Shown piece by piece: positions 12,855 to 24,387 of a stretch of DNA of 64,000 bases. Source of the stretch: Eledone cirrhosa. Taxonomy: Eukaryota. The position numbers were made by a program, and so were the translations under genes. The number at the start of each line of letters is the position of its first letter. Position 1 is the first letter of the stretch. The stretch is from the NCBI GenBank assembly GCA_964016885.1, contig OZ024743.1, positions 243,412,001-243,476,000 on the forward strand, read 5' to 3'. The notes under the pieces were generated by a model. The model was given only the letters and a program-made list of their open reading frames with translations, did no database searches and was not told the DNA's origin.

Positions 12855-13109
12855 GAAGAAGAAGAAGAAGAAGAAGAAGAAGAAGAAGAAGAAGAAGAAG
12901 AAGAAGAAGAAGAAGAAGAAGAAGAAGAAGAAGAAGAAGAAGAAGAAGAAGAAGAAGAAGAAGAAGAAGAAGAAGAAGAAGAAGAAGAAGAAGAAGAAGA
13001 AGAAGAAGAAGAAGAAGAAGAAGAAGAAGAAGAAGAAGAAGAAGAAGAAGAAGAAGAAGAAGAAGAAGAAGAAGAAGAAGAAGAAGAAGAAGAAGAAGAA
13101 GAAGAAGAA
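12855..13109. repeat. Pure (GAA)n tract, about 85 units, preceded by (TGGT)n
   Basis: Direct reading. Confidence 0.99.
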
Positions 13110-13472
13110 AGCTAAGCCCTTAATGCATTGGAATGTTTGTTAGCTTCAGTTTTATTTATGAGTCAGAAAAGTTTGGCCGCGATCCAAAATCAATTATATT
13201 AAGGTCAACTTCTTATATAAGAAATTAATTTGTTGTTTTTTTTTATGATTATGATAATTATGAATGTTTTTCAATCGTTCGATTATCTGTAAACACTGAT
13301 TTATTGTAAACACCGAAAAGAATATATATACTATCATCAATCAACAGGTGGAGAATTATAATGTAGATAAGAATTCGTTTGCTATCGATAATGATTACGT
13401 TCTATACTATAATATATATATATATATATATATAATACACACACACACATATATATATATAACAAACACACA

Positions 13473-13507
<35 letters not shown>

Positions 13508-13904
13508 GACTTATTGATAAAGCGATTAAGATTAAGCAATGAAATAAATGAAAATACATACGTCATAAAGAGCAACGGGTGCAGTAGAGTAAAAAATCTA
13601 CGCTCCCGGCGAACAGAGTCCGTCGGTGCACGGTTTCGATTCCTGGTTGTGAAGCCATTTCATGTTAATGCCGGCAGTGGGATAGGGTTAGACATGAGAA
13701 TATCCCATTGGAAGTAGCCATTATAATAAATGTGAGGCCTTGGTAACTATGTAGGCAAATCAATAACTGTCAGAAGCTATCAACTTTCTGTCTGGAGGTT
13801 GAATATTTTAGCTGACCAACTGAAAGTTGAAGCAGAAAGTGTCACTTGCTTATTGTAATGACTATTTACAATGAAATGAACATCATTGAAACCTTATTTC
13901 CTTT

Positions 13905-13950
13905 GACGCCACCCCGCCCCCAACACTTCCGACGATTATGCAAATATTCA
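13905..13950. promoter_or_regulatory. Candidate promoter/enhancer motif cluster: GC-box CCCCGCCCC, ETS-like CACTTCCG, octamer ATGCAAAT
   Basis: Three canonical motifs within 45 bp, in CpG-retaining DNA just upstream of the STIL-like exons. Confidence 0.4.
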
Positions 13951-14087
13951 ATATATTTATATATGTGTATTTTGCGGCGTGGAGAGAGAGAAAACGATAG
14001 AGATTCGAATATTGCATTCATTGGCTTGGGAGGAAATGAAAAGAATGTGCGCGTGTGTGAGCATGTATATATATATGTGTGTGTGTG

Positions 14088-14412
14088 TGTTTGTATATAT
14101 ACAATTAGATATGTGTGAGTGTTTGTATATATACAATTAGATATGTGTGAGTGTTTGTATATATACAATTAGATATGTGTGAGTGTTTGTATATATACAA
14201 TTAGATATGTGTGTGTGTGTTTGTATATATACAATTAGATATGTGTGTGTGTTTGTATATATACAATTAGATATGTGTGTGTGTTTGTATATATACAATT
14301 AGATATGTGTGTGTGTTTGTATATATACAATTAGATATGTGTGTGTGTTTGTATATATACAATTAGATATGTGTGAGTGTTTGTATATATACAATTAGAT
14401 ATGTGTGAGTAT
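14088..14412. repeat. 32-bp minisatellite TGTTTGTATATATACAATTAGATATGTGTGWG, about 10 units
   Basis: Direct reading. Confidence 0.95.
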
Positions 14413-14679
14413 GTGATTAATTACCTGAAGTCATACAAGCTATGAAAGCAACAAAAAAGACTGGGGAACTTTTTGTTAAAAAAGAAAACAAGAACAGCAA
14501 TTCAGAAATCATGCAGACGAAGGAGGAGAGAGAGAGAGGAATGAAAAGATGTGTCCCCGTAGCAATGAATAAACGAGTTGAAGCATGTTACATCAACACA
14601 TTTACCGGACACCGATACACACTCATACGTCCGTCTGCAGCCACAGATTAAACTGCATCAAATCAAATGACATATTCAC

Positions 14680-14699
<20 letters not shown>

Positions 14700-14712
<13 letters not shown>

Positions 14713-15100
14713 CCTACATATGTGTGTGTGTGCAGACATACCTTTATATATATATATACATACCTATATATATATATATACCTACATATGTGTGTGTGTG
14801 CAGACATACCTTTATATATATACATACCTATATATATATATATACCTACATATGCGTGTGTGCAGACATACCTTTATATATATACATACCTATATATATA
14901 TATATACCTACATATGTGTGTGTGTGTGCAGACATACCTTTATATATATATACATACCTATATATATATATACATACCTATATATATATATATATTTACA
15001 TACACATACATACCTTTATAAACATAAATACATACCTCTATATATATATATATATATATAAACACACACAAACATACCTTTATAAACATAAATACATACA
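14700..15100. repeat. About 62-70-bp composite minisatellite built from TA/TG runs with a CAGACATACCTTT core, about 4 units plus decayed tail
   Basis: Direct reading. Confidence 0.9.
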
Positions 15101-16148
15101 TAGAGAAAGAGAGAGAGAGAGTAGGCGAGCTGAGAAAACTTTGTATGGGAAGAACTCGATGTGGAGTGGAAGAGGTATGAGTGAGATGGTATGACGAATG
15201 ACAGCTGTATAAAAAGGTGCTAAGAAATCTCAATGGGTGGGACTCGTGGAGTTCTCATTTCCCACCCCTTTCCCTACTCCACAACATTGTATTCTCCCTC
15301 TACCCATCCTATTCCTCTCCATTGGAGACATCAGGCTCTTTATTTAAGTCAATAACTGACAACCTCCCTAGTGCTGGTACCACGATAAAACGTAGTGCAC
15401 TCTGTGGAGTGCGAGATCAGTGGATCTGATTACCTACTAAAATATTGCCTCATTGATTGCCTCCTCTACCTTGTCATGTAATTTATTTGACATACATACC
15501 GTGTCGTGTAATTCTGTCTTCAGCTGAATGATCACTGGGTAAATGCCAAAAACTCAGGGTAGCAACAGAGAGTAATCTCAGTAATATAATAAGTATATAT
15601 TATACTCTACTTTAGTATTGAGCACTTATCCTTGTTTTTACAAATCCAATCATACATGTATATATATGTGAAAGGTAAACATAAACAACAACACAAACAG
15701 TACAGTATATGGAAGGAATATATTAGTTTAACGCTTGAAATACAAAATCCAATCCATGACTTGATCTGTGATGACCTGTCCAACCCATAGCAACATGGAA
15801 AACATGGACGTTAAATGATGATAATGATGATGACTGAGTTCCTTATGCTCTTTACCAAACTGTTTTCATCCAGCAGGGTGTCCCAAAATCCACCTCCTCT
15901 CCAAGCAGAATTCGTGGGGTTGATAATTTAGTCATCAATTAGCAAACCATGGAACAGGTTGTTCCGAATTACGTATGACACACGCGCATATATATATATA
16001 TACTTACACACCACATATCCTGGTTTTTAGAATAATTACATAATGCGTGTCATAAAAGAGGACTAAACGGTTTAGGGTCAAGAAGGGCATCCCTAACACG
16101 CTACCTCAGATAGTCCCATTCAACCTACACCAGCATCGAATGTGATCG

Positions 16149-16189
<41 letters not shown>

Positions 16190-16751
16190 TCTTTTAATTT
16201 GAATTATTATAGCTCTGGACAAAGTCCATTGAGCTTTTTTATTGAGAAGCACAAAAATCAAGCATATTTGATATGTTTTGGTACCTCATATTTGTACCCA
16301 TACACACACACACACACATACACACATATATATATGGGACGAGGTGATAAAAACTGACCTTGCTCACTTACACCTCTCTAAGACAATGAAGTTGTACAGA
16401 AGACCCGACTGCCATTGCATACAAACCGAGTCAGTAGGCACTTCTTAACCCAATGTACACCCCACCCACACACCCTACCCCATCCTCCCTTTCCCGTTCC
16501 GTCCACTGAGTCGATGACACAACAGTCCACGCTGTAAGGTGGTGGTGTCGGAGACAGTAAAAAGGCTCCCAGTCCACACTGAAAATTTGGTTGGTGTTAG
16601 GAAGGGCATCTAGCTGTAATAACCTGCCAGAGACACTTCCGTACGAGCGAGACATTCCCGCATCAAATGGAATGATTATATATATATATCCCGACTGCTG
16701 CTGATAACAGCGGTGGCTAGTTCGACCTACCTCCTTTTGCCTCTATCTTTA

Positions 16752-16951
16752 CTACGGCCCTTGATAAACCTGTTCTACATCATCCACTCTCATCCCAGGA
16801 ACAGTCTTTGATAGCGCTAGTTTGTGATTTAAATTCAGGAATTTTATATTCTTTGAATGAAAAGAACCTTCTGACGAGAATCTCTCTTTGCAACGAGGGC
16901 CGTATGGCCTACGTTCTATTTTTGGGATTCGAAACCGATCGGTAAAGGTAA
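16752..16951 (-). CDS. Probable terminal coding exon of an unidentified gene B: (V)TFTDRFRIPKIERRPYGPRCKERFSSEGSFHSKNIKFLNLNHKLALSKTVPGMRVDDVEQVYQGP*
   Basis: Non-repetitive DNA with a ctactatag acceptor. Only the phase-1 frame is open, matching the phase-1 donor at 21000. Confidence 0.5.
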
Positions 16952-17131
16952 CTATAGTAGGTAAAGTCAATTTTTTAAAATTTATTTTGAAACTTTTTCA
17001 TTATTTACTAAACCTTGTTTATATTTGTTCTGGCTCGTTAATTTATTAACCCGCCATTGAACCACACTGGCACTTGGTTGGACAATACATGCGTACCTTG
17101 GCGCCTTGTGCGTGAAAGGACGTATTTCATA

Positions 17132-17162
<31 letters not shown>

Positions 17163-17164
<2 letters not shown>

Positions 17165-17640
17165 CGGCGATGAATTACTTTTGCGAGGTTTTTTATATGA
17201 AATCGTGTGTCGAAACAAATATTGTTATACTTGGGGAGGGTCATATTTGTGTAATATTGCCAGAATTAATAACAGAACACACTCACTGTTTGGTTGGTTT
17301 TCGCTTCTCGCTGTCTTTTATATCGGTAATCTAACTTACTCGGTCCTCAATGTGAATAAAAATGGCGTAGACATACAACACAACAGGAGGAAAATATAAC
17401 ACCACTGACGATGTTGCAGATGTGCAACGAAAGATTTATGATAAACTATATATATATGTGTTTGTGTCTATATTGTATCTGTATTATTTTTGACTGTCGG
17501 TCAGTCAATGGCAACATTGAGGACCGAGTAAGTTAGATTACCGATATAAAAGACAGCGAGAAGTGAAAACCAACCAAACAGTGAGTGTGTTCTGTTATTA
17601 ATTCTGGCAATATTACACAAATATGACCCTCCCCAAGTAT

Positions 17641-17648
<8 letters not shown>
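17163..17648. mobile_element. (TA)n-flanked element with 135-bp inverted repeats (17219-17353 / 17514-17648) and a hammerhead motif in the spacer; Penelope-like pLTR
   Basis: Arms differ at one position. Spacer contains CTGACGA-TGTTGCAGATGTGCAAC-GAAA. Confidence 0.75.
17399..17444 (+). ncRNA. Minimal type I hammerhead ribozyme motif with degenerate stems I/III
   Basis: CTGACGA at 17405-17411, stem II GTTGCA/TGCAAC, GAAA at 17429-17432. Confidence 0.65.
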
Positions 17649-17680
<32 letters not shown>

Positions 17681-17894
17681 TATATATATATATATCATTT
17701 ATTTTGTTTGACCTGTTTAGCTTGACTTGTTTTTTGGCTTAGGTGGTTAATGCCTTCTTGACCACTTTTCAGTTTGTATGGCGTTTTAACAATGTTTAGC
17801 TCTATTTTTTCTTAACTATTGGAGGGCTTGCCAGCATTTCTACGATTTTGCGTTTCGTTTCGCTTTTTCTACCAACCGAAATACGATTCTCGAC

Positions 17895-17954
<60 letters not shown>

Positions 17955-17964
17955 AAACATAATA

Positions 17965-18240
17965 CATTCCATTACAGAAGAATTTAAAGTCGGTTGCTCG
18001 CGGAAACTTTTGAATGCTGCTAACCTTAATCGTATATCTGAATCTGTGGAAGATCTAGAGAAAATTGTCCAGATGTGGAAACGAATTCTAAAATCGAAAG
18101 GGCTCAGAGTAAAGTTAGCAGAGACTAAAATCTCAGTAAATAGGAGAGAAAACAATACTCAGTTGCCATCGAGGAAATGGCTATACTCAATATGCAGAAA
18201 AAGTGTAAGAACTCAAGACTGTGTGTGGCAGATACACTGG
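17965..18240 (+). mobile_element. RTE-clade RT fragment
   Basis: ITEEFKVGCSRKLLNAANL (decayed LLYADDL) ...WKRILKSKGLRVKLAETK...KWLYSICRKSV. Confidence 0.75.
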
Positions 18241-18269
18241 AGTAGTCATCAGTCAAAGCTCCACCAAAG

Positions 18270-18860
18270 TCTGAGATTGAGAGAGATTAGCACTGGTGCT
18301 CCTCTATGTCTAAAAGATATGAAATATATATACAATAAACATGCCAAACAGCTGGATCATTTGCACACAATGTCTTCACAGATTGTTGTGCATCAAGTGG
18401 TAGGACAAGGTCACAGGCATAAAAGTACTCTAGTGTGTGAAACTGCATTGAACACAAACTTTACTGGAAAAGAACTAAATCCATTGAATAGGCCATGCCG
18501 TCTGCATAAGCAGCATATGCATATCAAAACAACTGCTCGGTGGTGAGCTTGCTACGGGGAAGAGAACAGCTGGTGGTCATAAAATTTACAAGGACAGCAT
18601 ATATATAACACAGAAAGCCATGGGTGTCAACATAAAACCCCAAGAACATTGCGTCCCAAAAAGAGCCTTAAGGTGTACCTTCATTCATAAAGGCACAGAA
18701 TCCTTGCAAGAGATACATCAAGGCAATGGAAAACAAACATCAGCTCAACAAAGTCGGTTCAGTTCTGCATTTCAAAGGAAGCCACTATCGGTCTTAGTCA
18801 TATACGAACACATACAACCCAGTCAGTTAAGTGACTAAAGTCATGATCTTTATTGACTAT
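18270..18860 (+). mobile_element. RTE/BovB-like 3' fragment, degenerate
   Basis: YNKHAKQLDHLH..CLHRLLCIKW*DKVT..IGHAV..SKQLLGGELATG. Confidence 0.7.
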
Positions 18861-19119
18861 CGTTGAACGAACAAACAGTTATATGGAATAAAGAAACAAG
18901 AAGAATAGACCTTAAATATACTACATAAAGTTACTATAGAAAATTTCCCACAAGTTCAAGTCACATTGCAGGACATCGAGACGTTCCACTAATAATTCAC
19001 TTATCAGCTGTTGAACTGAACATATACTTATTTAGATACAATGAAAGTATAGTTGTTGACATCACAAATGGTTGGTATATTTATGTGTGTATTATATTTA
19101 TATATATATATATATATAT

Positions 19120-19737
19120 GGTGGCTGCCAACTCGTTTTCGAGTACGGCCACTACTTTATATCCATGTAGGAGAACCCCTACCAATGCGCTGAACGAGTG
19201 TGACTTTTTAGTCCAGCCAGCGACTTGAAAACTCTGGTACAAACACTACACTTGTGACAATTATTGACACATAGTGCTGGGCCCATGGTACCATGTAATG
19301 ACAAGTGCAGAGAGATCTCCAGATATAAAGCAATGCCTGTGCTGTGAAGCTTTTATAGTGAGCAAAGGCACTGCACAAAGCCAGTCCCACTCTCTTAACC
19401 AAGATGATATTTACCAAAAAGAAGAACAATTCAACATCATTGGATACCATCAGGGTTGCAGGTGTTATATCAGAGTTTTCCTTCTCCTAGAATTCTGCCT
19501 TGACAAAGGCTAAGGTGTCATCTCTCCCGGTGATTTTGGATGGCTATTGACTCTTAAAAGCCCCTTTGCCTTTTGACAGGTTTTGTTTTTAGTCCTGCAG
19601 GATGTCCAAAGCCACCCTCCTCACCAAGAAACATTGGTGGGGGTGCCAGTTTAGTCGCCAACGACCCGACCATGATACCACGTATTTGGTTCGAGGACAC
19701 TCCGAGCATTATAATAAATGTTCGGTAAACCCATACG
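19120..19737 (-). mobile_element. Young non-autonomous RTE-derived element (family D). Other copies on plus at 25621-25845, 25911-26518, 37579-37824, and a diverged one at 27840-28321
   Basis: Near-identical copies share a fixed end ...GAGTTGGCAGCCACC followed by (ATGT)n or (AT)n and have variable 5' ends. The 3' part encodes a C2H2 remnant CSVCTGVFKSLAGLKSHTRSAHR*. Confidence 0.85.
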
Positions 19738-19738
19738 T

Positions 19739-19807
<69 letters not shown>

Positions 19808-19926
19808 CGTGTATGTATGTATATACATTCTACTGTACGTATGTATACATATATGAATGTACGTATACATACTTATATTTAAGTATCAGCCGTACTAAGA
19901 GTGAGAAATGAAATTTCATTTTTTCC

Positions 19927-20003
<77 letters not shown>

Positions 20004-20181
20004 AATACTATACATACAATAATATACAATACATAATCATAAAGCTATGTGTGTGTATATATATACCTTGTTTTATATTCGAAACATTTATAAAACTTAC
20101 ATTACAAAATGTGATACACTTATAGAAAAAAAGTTATGTGACGCCTGGTATATACACACGCATACATACATATATATATAT

Positions 20182-20545
20182 ATATTAAAATACAAATATT
20201 AATAAAATAGATGTTCTTTTGATCAATTACATTTTATTATACATATTTCGGATGTACAACAGTACGTCCTCATCGGACAAAATATAATGATACATGACAT
20301 ACCCTGAGATGTTAAATTTAACATCTCAGGGTATGTCATGTATCATTATATTTTGTCTGATGAGGACGTACTGTTGTACATCCGAAATATGTATAATAAA
20401 ATGTAATTGATCAAAAGAACATCTATTTTATTAATATTTGTATTTTAATATTAATAACTCTGGAAAATTATTTTTCGTAGAGTGCTTCCAATCTACTGTA
20501 AACTCATTCTTTGATATACTCATTGAATCTTGTTTAACTCTTTAA
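20182..20545. mobile_element. Palindromic hammerhead element: 135-bp arms with no spacer (20182-20316 / 20317-20451) plus 3' extension, between (TA)n tracts
   Basis: Arms are identical except 20275/20358. A single-arm copy lies at 24352-24473. Confidence 0.9.
20350..20402 (+). ncRNA. Type I hammerhead ribozyme motif
   Basis: Stem I ATTTTGT/ATAAAAT, CTGATGA at 20357-20363, stem II GGAcGTAC/GTACaTCC, GAAA at 20384-20387, short stem III, predicted cleavage after ATA at about 20395. Confidence 0.8.
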
Positions 20546-20999
20546 TATATATATATATATATATTAGCCAATCCTGTATTGTGGTATGTTATTCATCAAC
20601 ATGCCTTTACATTTACGAATGTCTCCGTAGTTATACTTCAAAACTTCTGTCTGACAGTAATTATTACTACAACCATTACTAAAATACATTTAATAAACAG
20701 TGAACAAACAATGGGCTTCTGTAAGCCCACAGATTAAGAAATCTATTAAAAACTAGCAATGAAAACGAATAAATGTGATACAAACGGAAACCAAAATACA
20801 ATAACATTTATCAGCGGGTCCTTAATGTACATTATCTTTATAACGTTGTACGGAATCAAACAAAGATATAAAACAGAATAGAACAAGTAATGAAATAGCA
20901 ACGAAAGTATATGTTCTAATGAAATAACATGACCAATAGATAAACTACTTAGTTGATAGCTTATATTTGATGAAATAATGAAATTGCTGTCCAACTTAC

Positions 21000-21074
21000 C
21001 GCAGTTAAAACATAAATGCCGCTCATATACTAGTGGCTTTAGTGCGCATGCGTCGTTGTCAAGAATAGTGCGTG
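21000..21074 (-). CDS. Probable internal exon of gene B (75 bp, phase 1/1): xRTILDNDACALKPLVYERHLCFNC
   Basis: ctttttctaacaacag acceptor, G|gtaagt donor, a single open frame, length a multiple of 3. Confidence 0.55.
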
Positions 21075-21654
21075 CTGTTGTTAGAAAAAGTTCAATACAT
21101 CGGTCCGTTAGCTAACTTCATCATTTCTAGTAGTTTGTTAAAAACATAATTCCCATAGGCTAAAGAGTATGCTTTCTTCTCTAATTATAAACATGTTTTC
21201 TTTTTACATTGTTTTTTTGTTTTGTTTTTTGCTGTAAAACAATCTGAGAGAGAAGTAATTAAATCGAGGAGAGCGGGGGGGTCTGTTATGGATATTATTT
21301 TAAATAAACGGGACCAATATTACTGCATCTTTGCCTTTCTCTCTTTCTATTTAAATTTTATGGGTATATTCATTATTCAGGCATAGTAGAGCTGTCATGT
21401 TTGTTGGAGGAAAGTTCACTTTGTGATCATGAGGTTCCAGTTTTAAGCCCACTATGTATTACCTTGATCAAGTAAATATCTTCCACCCTATCTTCAACTC
21501 GAGTTAGGTCTTCTAATCAGAGATGGATTCGCGCCACACGGACATGTCGGGCTGCTGAGTTGGATATGAAAAAGAGAATAACTTAAAAAACAACAGTGAT
21601 AAAATCTCAATTCATTAACTGACCAAAGATTAAAATAAAGATAAGGCTCACCTT

Positions 21655-21965
21655 AAAAGAGCAGTGAAAAAACACACCTCTGACCCTCAGAAGTCAGATA
21701 GTGTCACCTTGGCTGAGTAGTAAAAACACACCTCTGGTCCTCAACAGTCAGTTAGTCAGTGTCACCTTAGCTGAGCAGTGAAAACACACCTCAGACCCTC
21801 AACAGTCTGTTAGACTGTATCACCTTAGCTGAGCAGTGAAAACACACCTCTGGCCCTCAACAGTCAGTTAGTCAGTGTCACCTTAGCTGAGCAGTAAAAA
21901 AACACCGCTGGTCCTCAACAGTCAGTTAGTCAGTGTCACCTTAGCTGAGCAGTGAAAACACAGTA
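21655..21965. repeat. 58-bp minisatellite, about 5.5 units
   Basis: GCTGAG at 21712, 21770, 21828, 21886 and 21944. Confidence 0.92.
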
Positions 21966-22489
21966 AAAAGGTGCACAGCACTAGAAGTCGATGGTAGCCG
22001 CGGAGTGGGGAGACCTGGGATGAGGCGATAAAAGCCGACCTTACCATCTAACCCATGCTAGCATGGAAGATGGACGTTAAACGAAGATGATGATGATGAT
22101 AACCCAATTGCACCTCTCAAAGGCGATGGCACATGACCGTGACCTCTGGCATCACGCAGTAATACAGAAGACCTGACCCCCCCCCCCCCTCACGGGTACA
22201 AGCCGAAGCTGAAGCATATAGACAATATGCCCCACCCCCTCCCACTATAAAGTGGACGTGTAGGCGCCACGGGAAAAAAGCACCCAGCACTCACTGTAAA
22301 TGAGGTTGGTGTTAGGAAGGGCATCCAGCTGTAGAAATCAAGCCAGAATCAGTTCCCGTATGAGCAAGACATGGACAGCCGGCCGGGTACTGCCCACAAC
22401 AGGACAACCCGTCTAACCCATGCTAGCGTGGTAGAATGAACGTAAAATGGTGATGATGATATATATGTATATATATATATATATATGTG

Positions 22490-22935
22490 TGTAGAAGTTG
22501 TATTTAATTTGTTGGAATTCCGACAAACATAAATGTTTCTATCTGATTTAGAACACTCAACAAATTACTGGAGTAAATATTCCATGATATTAAATAAATG
22601 GAAACTATATTTATAAAACCATATTTATTTTATTATATATATTTCAAGGGCAACCAACCTTGGTGCGCTTTCATCAGATAAAATACAAAGTTTGTTTTAT
22701 AAATAAAGACTTACCCATGAAGATTCAACCTTATCGGTCGGAAATTCGCTGAATAAATGACTATCCAGCGAATTTCCGACCGATAAGGTTGAATCTTCAT
22801 GGGTACGTTTTTATTTATAAAACAAACTTTGTATTTTATCTGATGAAAGCGCACCAAGGTTGATTGCCCTTGAAATATATATAATAAAATAAATATAGTT
22901 TTATAAATATAGTTTCCATTTATTTAATATCATGG
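22490..22935. mobile_element. Palindromic hammerhead element: 174-bp arms (22582-22755 / 22762-22935), 6-nt loop, with an extension on the left
   Basis: About 5 mismatches between arms. Related single-arm copies at 24541-24760 and 33295-33485. Confidence 0.9.
22832..22891 (+). ncRNA. Type I hammerhead ribozyme motif, mirror copy on minus strand at about 22626-22685
   Basis: 8-bp stem I TATTTTAT/ATAAAATA, CTGATGA at 22840-22846, stem II AAGcGCA/TGCcCTT, GAAA at 22872-22875, palindromic stem III ATATATAT. Confidence 0.8.
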
Positions 22936-23114
22936 TATATATATATATAGTGAAAAATGGAACGGGAACAAAACAGAGAGGTAGTACAAACAAAGGTTTA
23001 TTAGTTTCACGCTCTTGAGAGGGGGGGAGGTTAGGTGTCACCCAAGGTTCAAGGCGTGGACAAATCTCGCTACACACACACATATATCTATATATATATA
23101 TATGTGTGTGTGTG

Positions 23115-23698
23115 TGTAGCGAGATCTGTCTGTGCCTTGAACCTTGGGTGACACCTAAAGGTCAAATTCTAGGTCACCACCCTTTTGGTGTGAACAGGTT
23201 CATGCGTGGGCTATCCCCTAAAGGTGGGAGGCAGAAAGCAACAGGTATATAAAGCCTATATTTTCCCACCTTAGGTACAGATAGATCTACGATACACAAC
23301 AAGCTATGTAAAGATTCACAGCTATCAACAGACCCTAGAGGTCTACAGAGATACAGAGAGATCAGAGCCCTACTACTATAGACCTGCTATGTAAAAGATA
23401 CACCGCTATGTACAAGCCACAGTGGTCTACAATCAATTACAGACCATTACTCTCTCTTACTCACTATGGTCTCAGAACTACTAACACAGACTCCAACAAC
23501 AACAACAACATTATTTGTTCGCTCGCTGTTTTCACACCAACAACAACAGTCAACTACAACAGACTACAATAGCCTCATGAACCAACAACAAAAATAACAT
23601 TGTCTACCTTCTCAACTCTTGGTAACTGTTTTATTGTACTTTTTTGATTGAAGTGAAGTAAACTAAAATCTTTATTCTTGTTATAATAATTTATAACA
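23115..23698 (+). mobile_element. Solo-LTR-like element (TGTAG...ATAACA) with an inverted partial copy of its left end at 23031-23075
   Basis: TG...CA termini, TATATAAA at about 23247, internal short repeats. No TSD established. Confidence 0.4.
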
Positions 23699-23717
23699 TA
23701 CACTTTTTATACCCTTC

Positions 23718-23748
<31 letters not shown>

Positions 23749-23753
<5 letters not shown>

Positions 23754-23937
23754 AACCAGTAAGACCCCGACAGCTGAGCTCAAGCCGTTTCGACGGCTAA
23801 TTCAGAATTAGCCGTCGAAACGGCTTGAGCTCAGCTGTCGGGGTCTTACTGGTTCCTATTACCCACTCTACTACCTCAAGTATTGAGTACTTTGGTGCGT
23901 TATGGTCCACCTGGTTCCTTACCACATTTCCTTCGTT
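23749..23937. mobile_element. (TA)n-flanked fold-back element, perfect 55-bp arms around a 1-nt centre (23804), plus tail
   Basis: Direct reading. Sister copy at 27050-27250. Confidence 0.9.
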
Positions 23938-24097
23938 ATATATATATATATATATATATGCCTTTTTATGTTCCACATTACACCCCTTTTTTTCTTTTTT
24001 CTTTTCACTTCATAAACCTTGTTTGTAAATAACATTATTCTTTCTGCACCATTTCCTTAACATGTTCAACACCACCATTTTACACCAATACATATTA

Positions 24098-24142
24098 TTA
24101 TCATTTGATAATGCATAAAAATGCTGAAACCGGTAATAGACA
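24098..24142 (+). ncRNA. Degenerate minimal hammerhead motif
   Basis: TTGATAA-TGCATAAAAATGCT-GAAACCGGTA. Palindromic stem III ACCGGT is typical of Penelope-type minimal hammerheads, but the CUGA box is mutated. Confidence 0.45.
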
Positions 24143-24387
24143 ATTATTAAATATATAATTAAATAAATAAATGCCATTGTTAATTAATAAATAAATCAAC
24201 TAATACCTTAACACTTCACACAAAGTAAAATATTTCATTTTAATCATTTTCTAACCCAGAAAAAAGAGAGAGAAAAATAAAAAGGAAAAAAATATTTTTT
24301 TCTTCCTAATAATCATCTTTTTCTCTCTGTTTTCATATATATATATATATAAGTATTAATAAAATAGATGTTCTTTTGATCAATTAC

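Noticed and set aside
12800-13123. Poly-Arg and poly-Glu ORFs
   Set aside because: Translations of (GAA)n with no splice or homology support.
14585-15194. YIYI/CVCV/THTH ORFs here and throughout the track
   Set aside because: Artefacts of TA, TG and CA microsatellites.
19208-19513. Repeated 79-80 aa ORFs (also 26125-26430) as a small gene family
   Set aside because: They are incidental frames of the family D retroelement, present on both strands.
21042-21053. NRF1-like GCGCATGCG promoter with first exon MSGIYVLTA
   Set aside because: A good acceptor at 21075 and an open 75-bp frame explain it better as an internal exon. Not fully excluded.
21655-21965. CRISPR-like array
   Set aside because: The 58-bp units are contiguous with no unique spacers, there are no cas genes, and the context is eukaryotic. 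It is a minisatellite.
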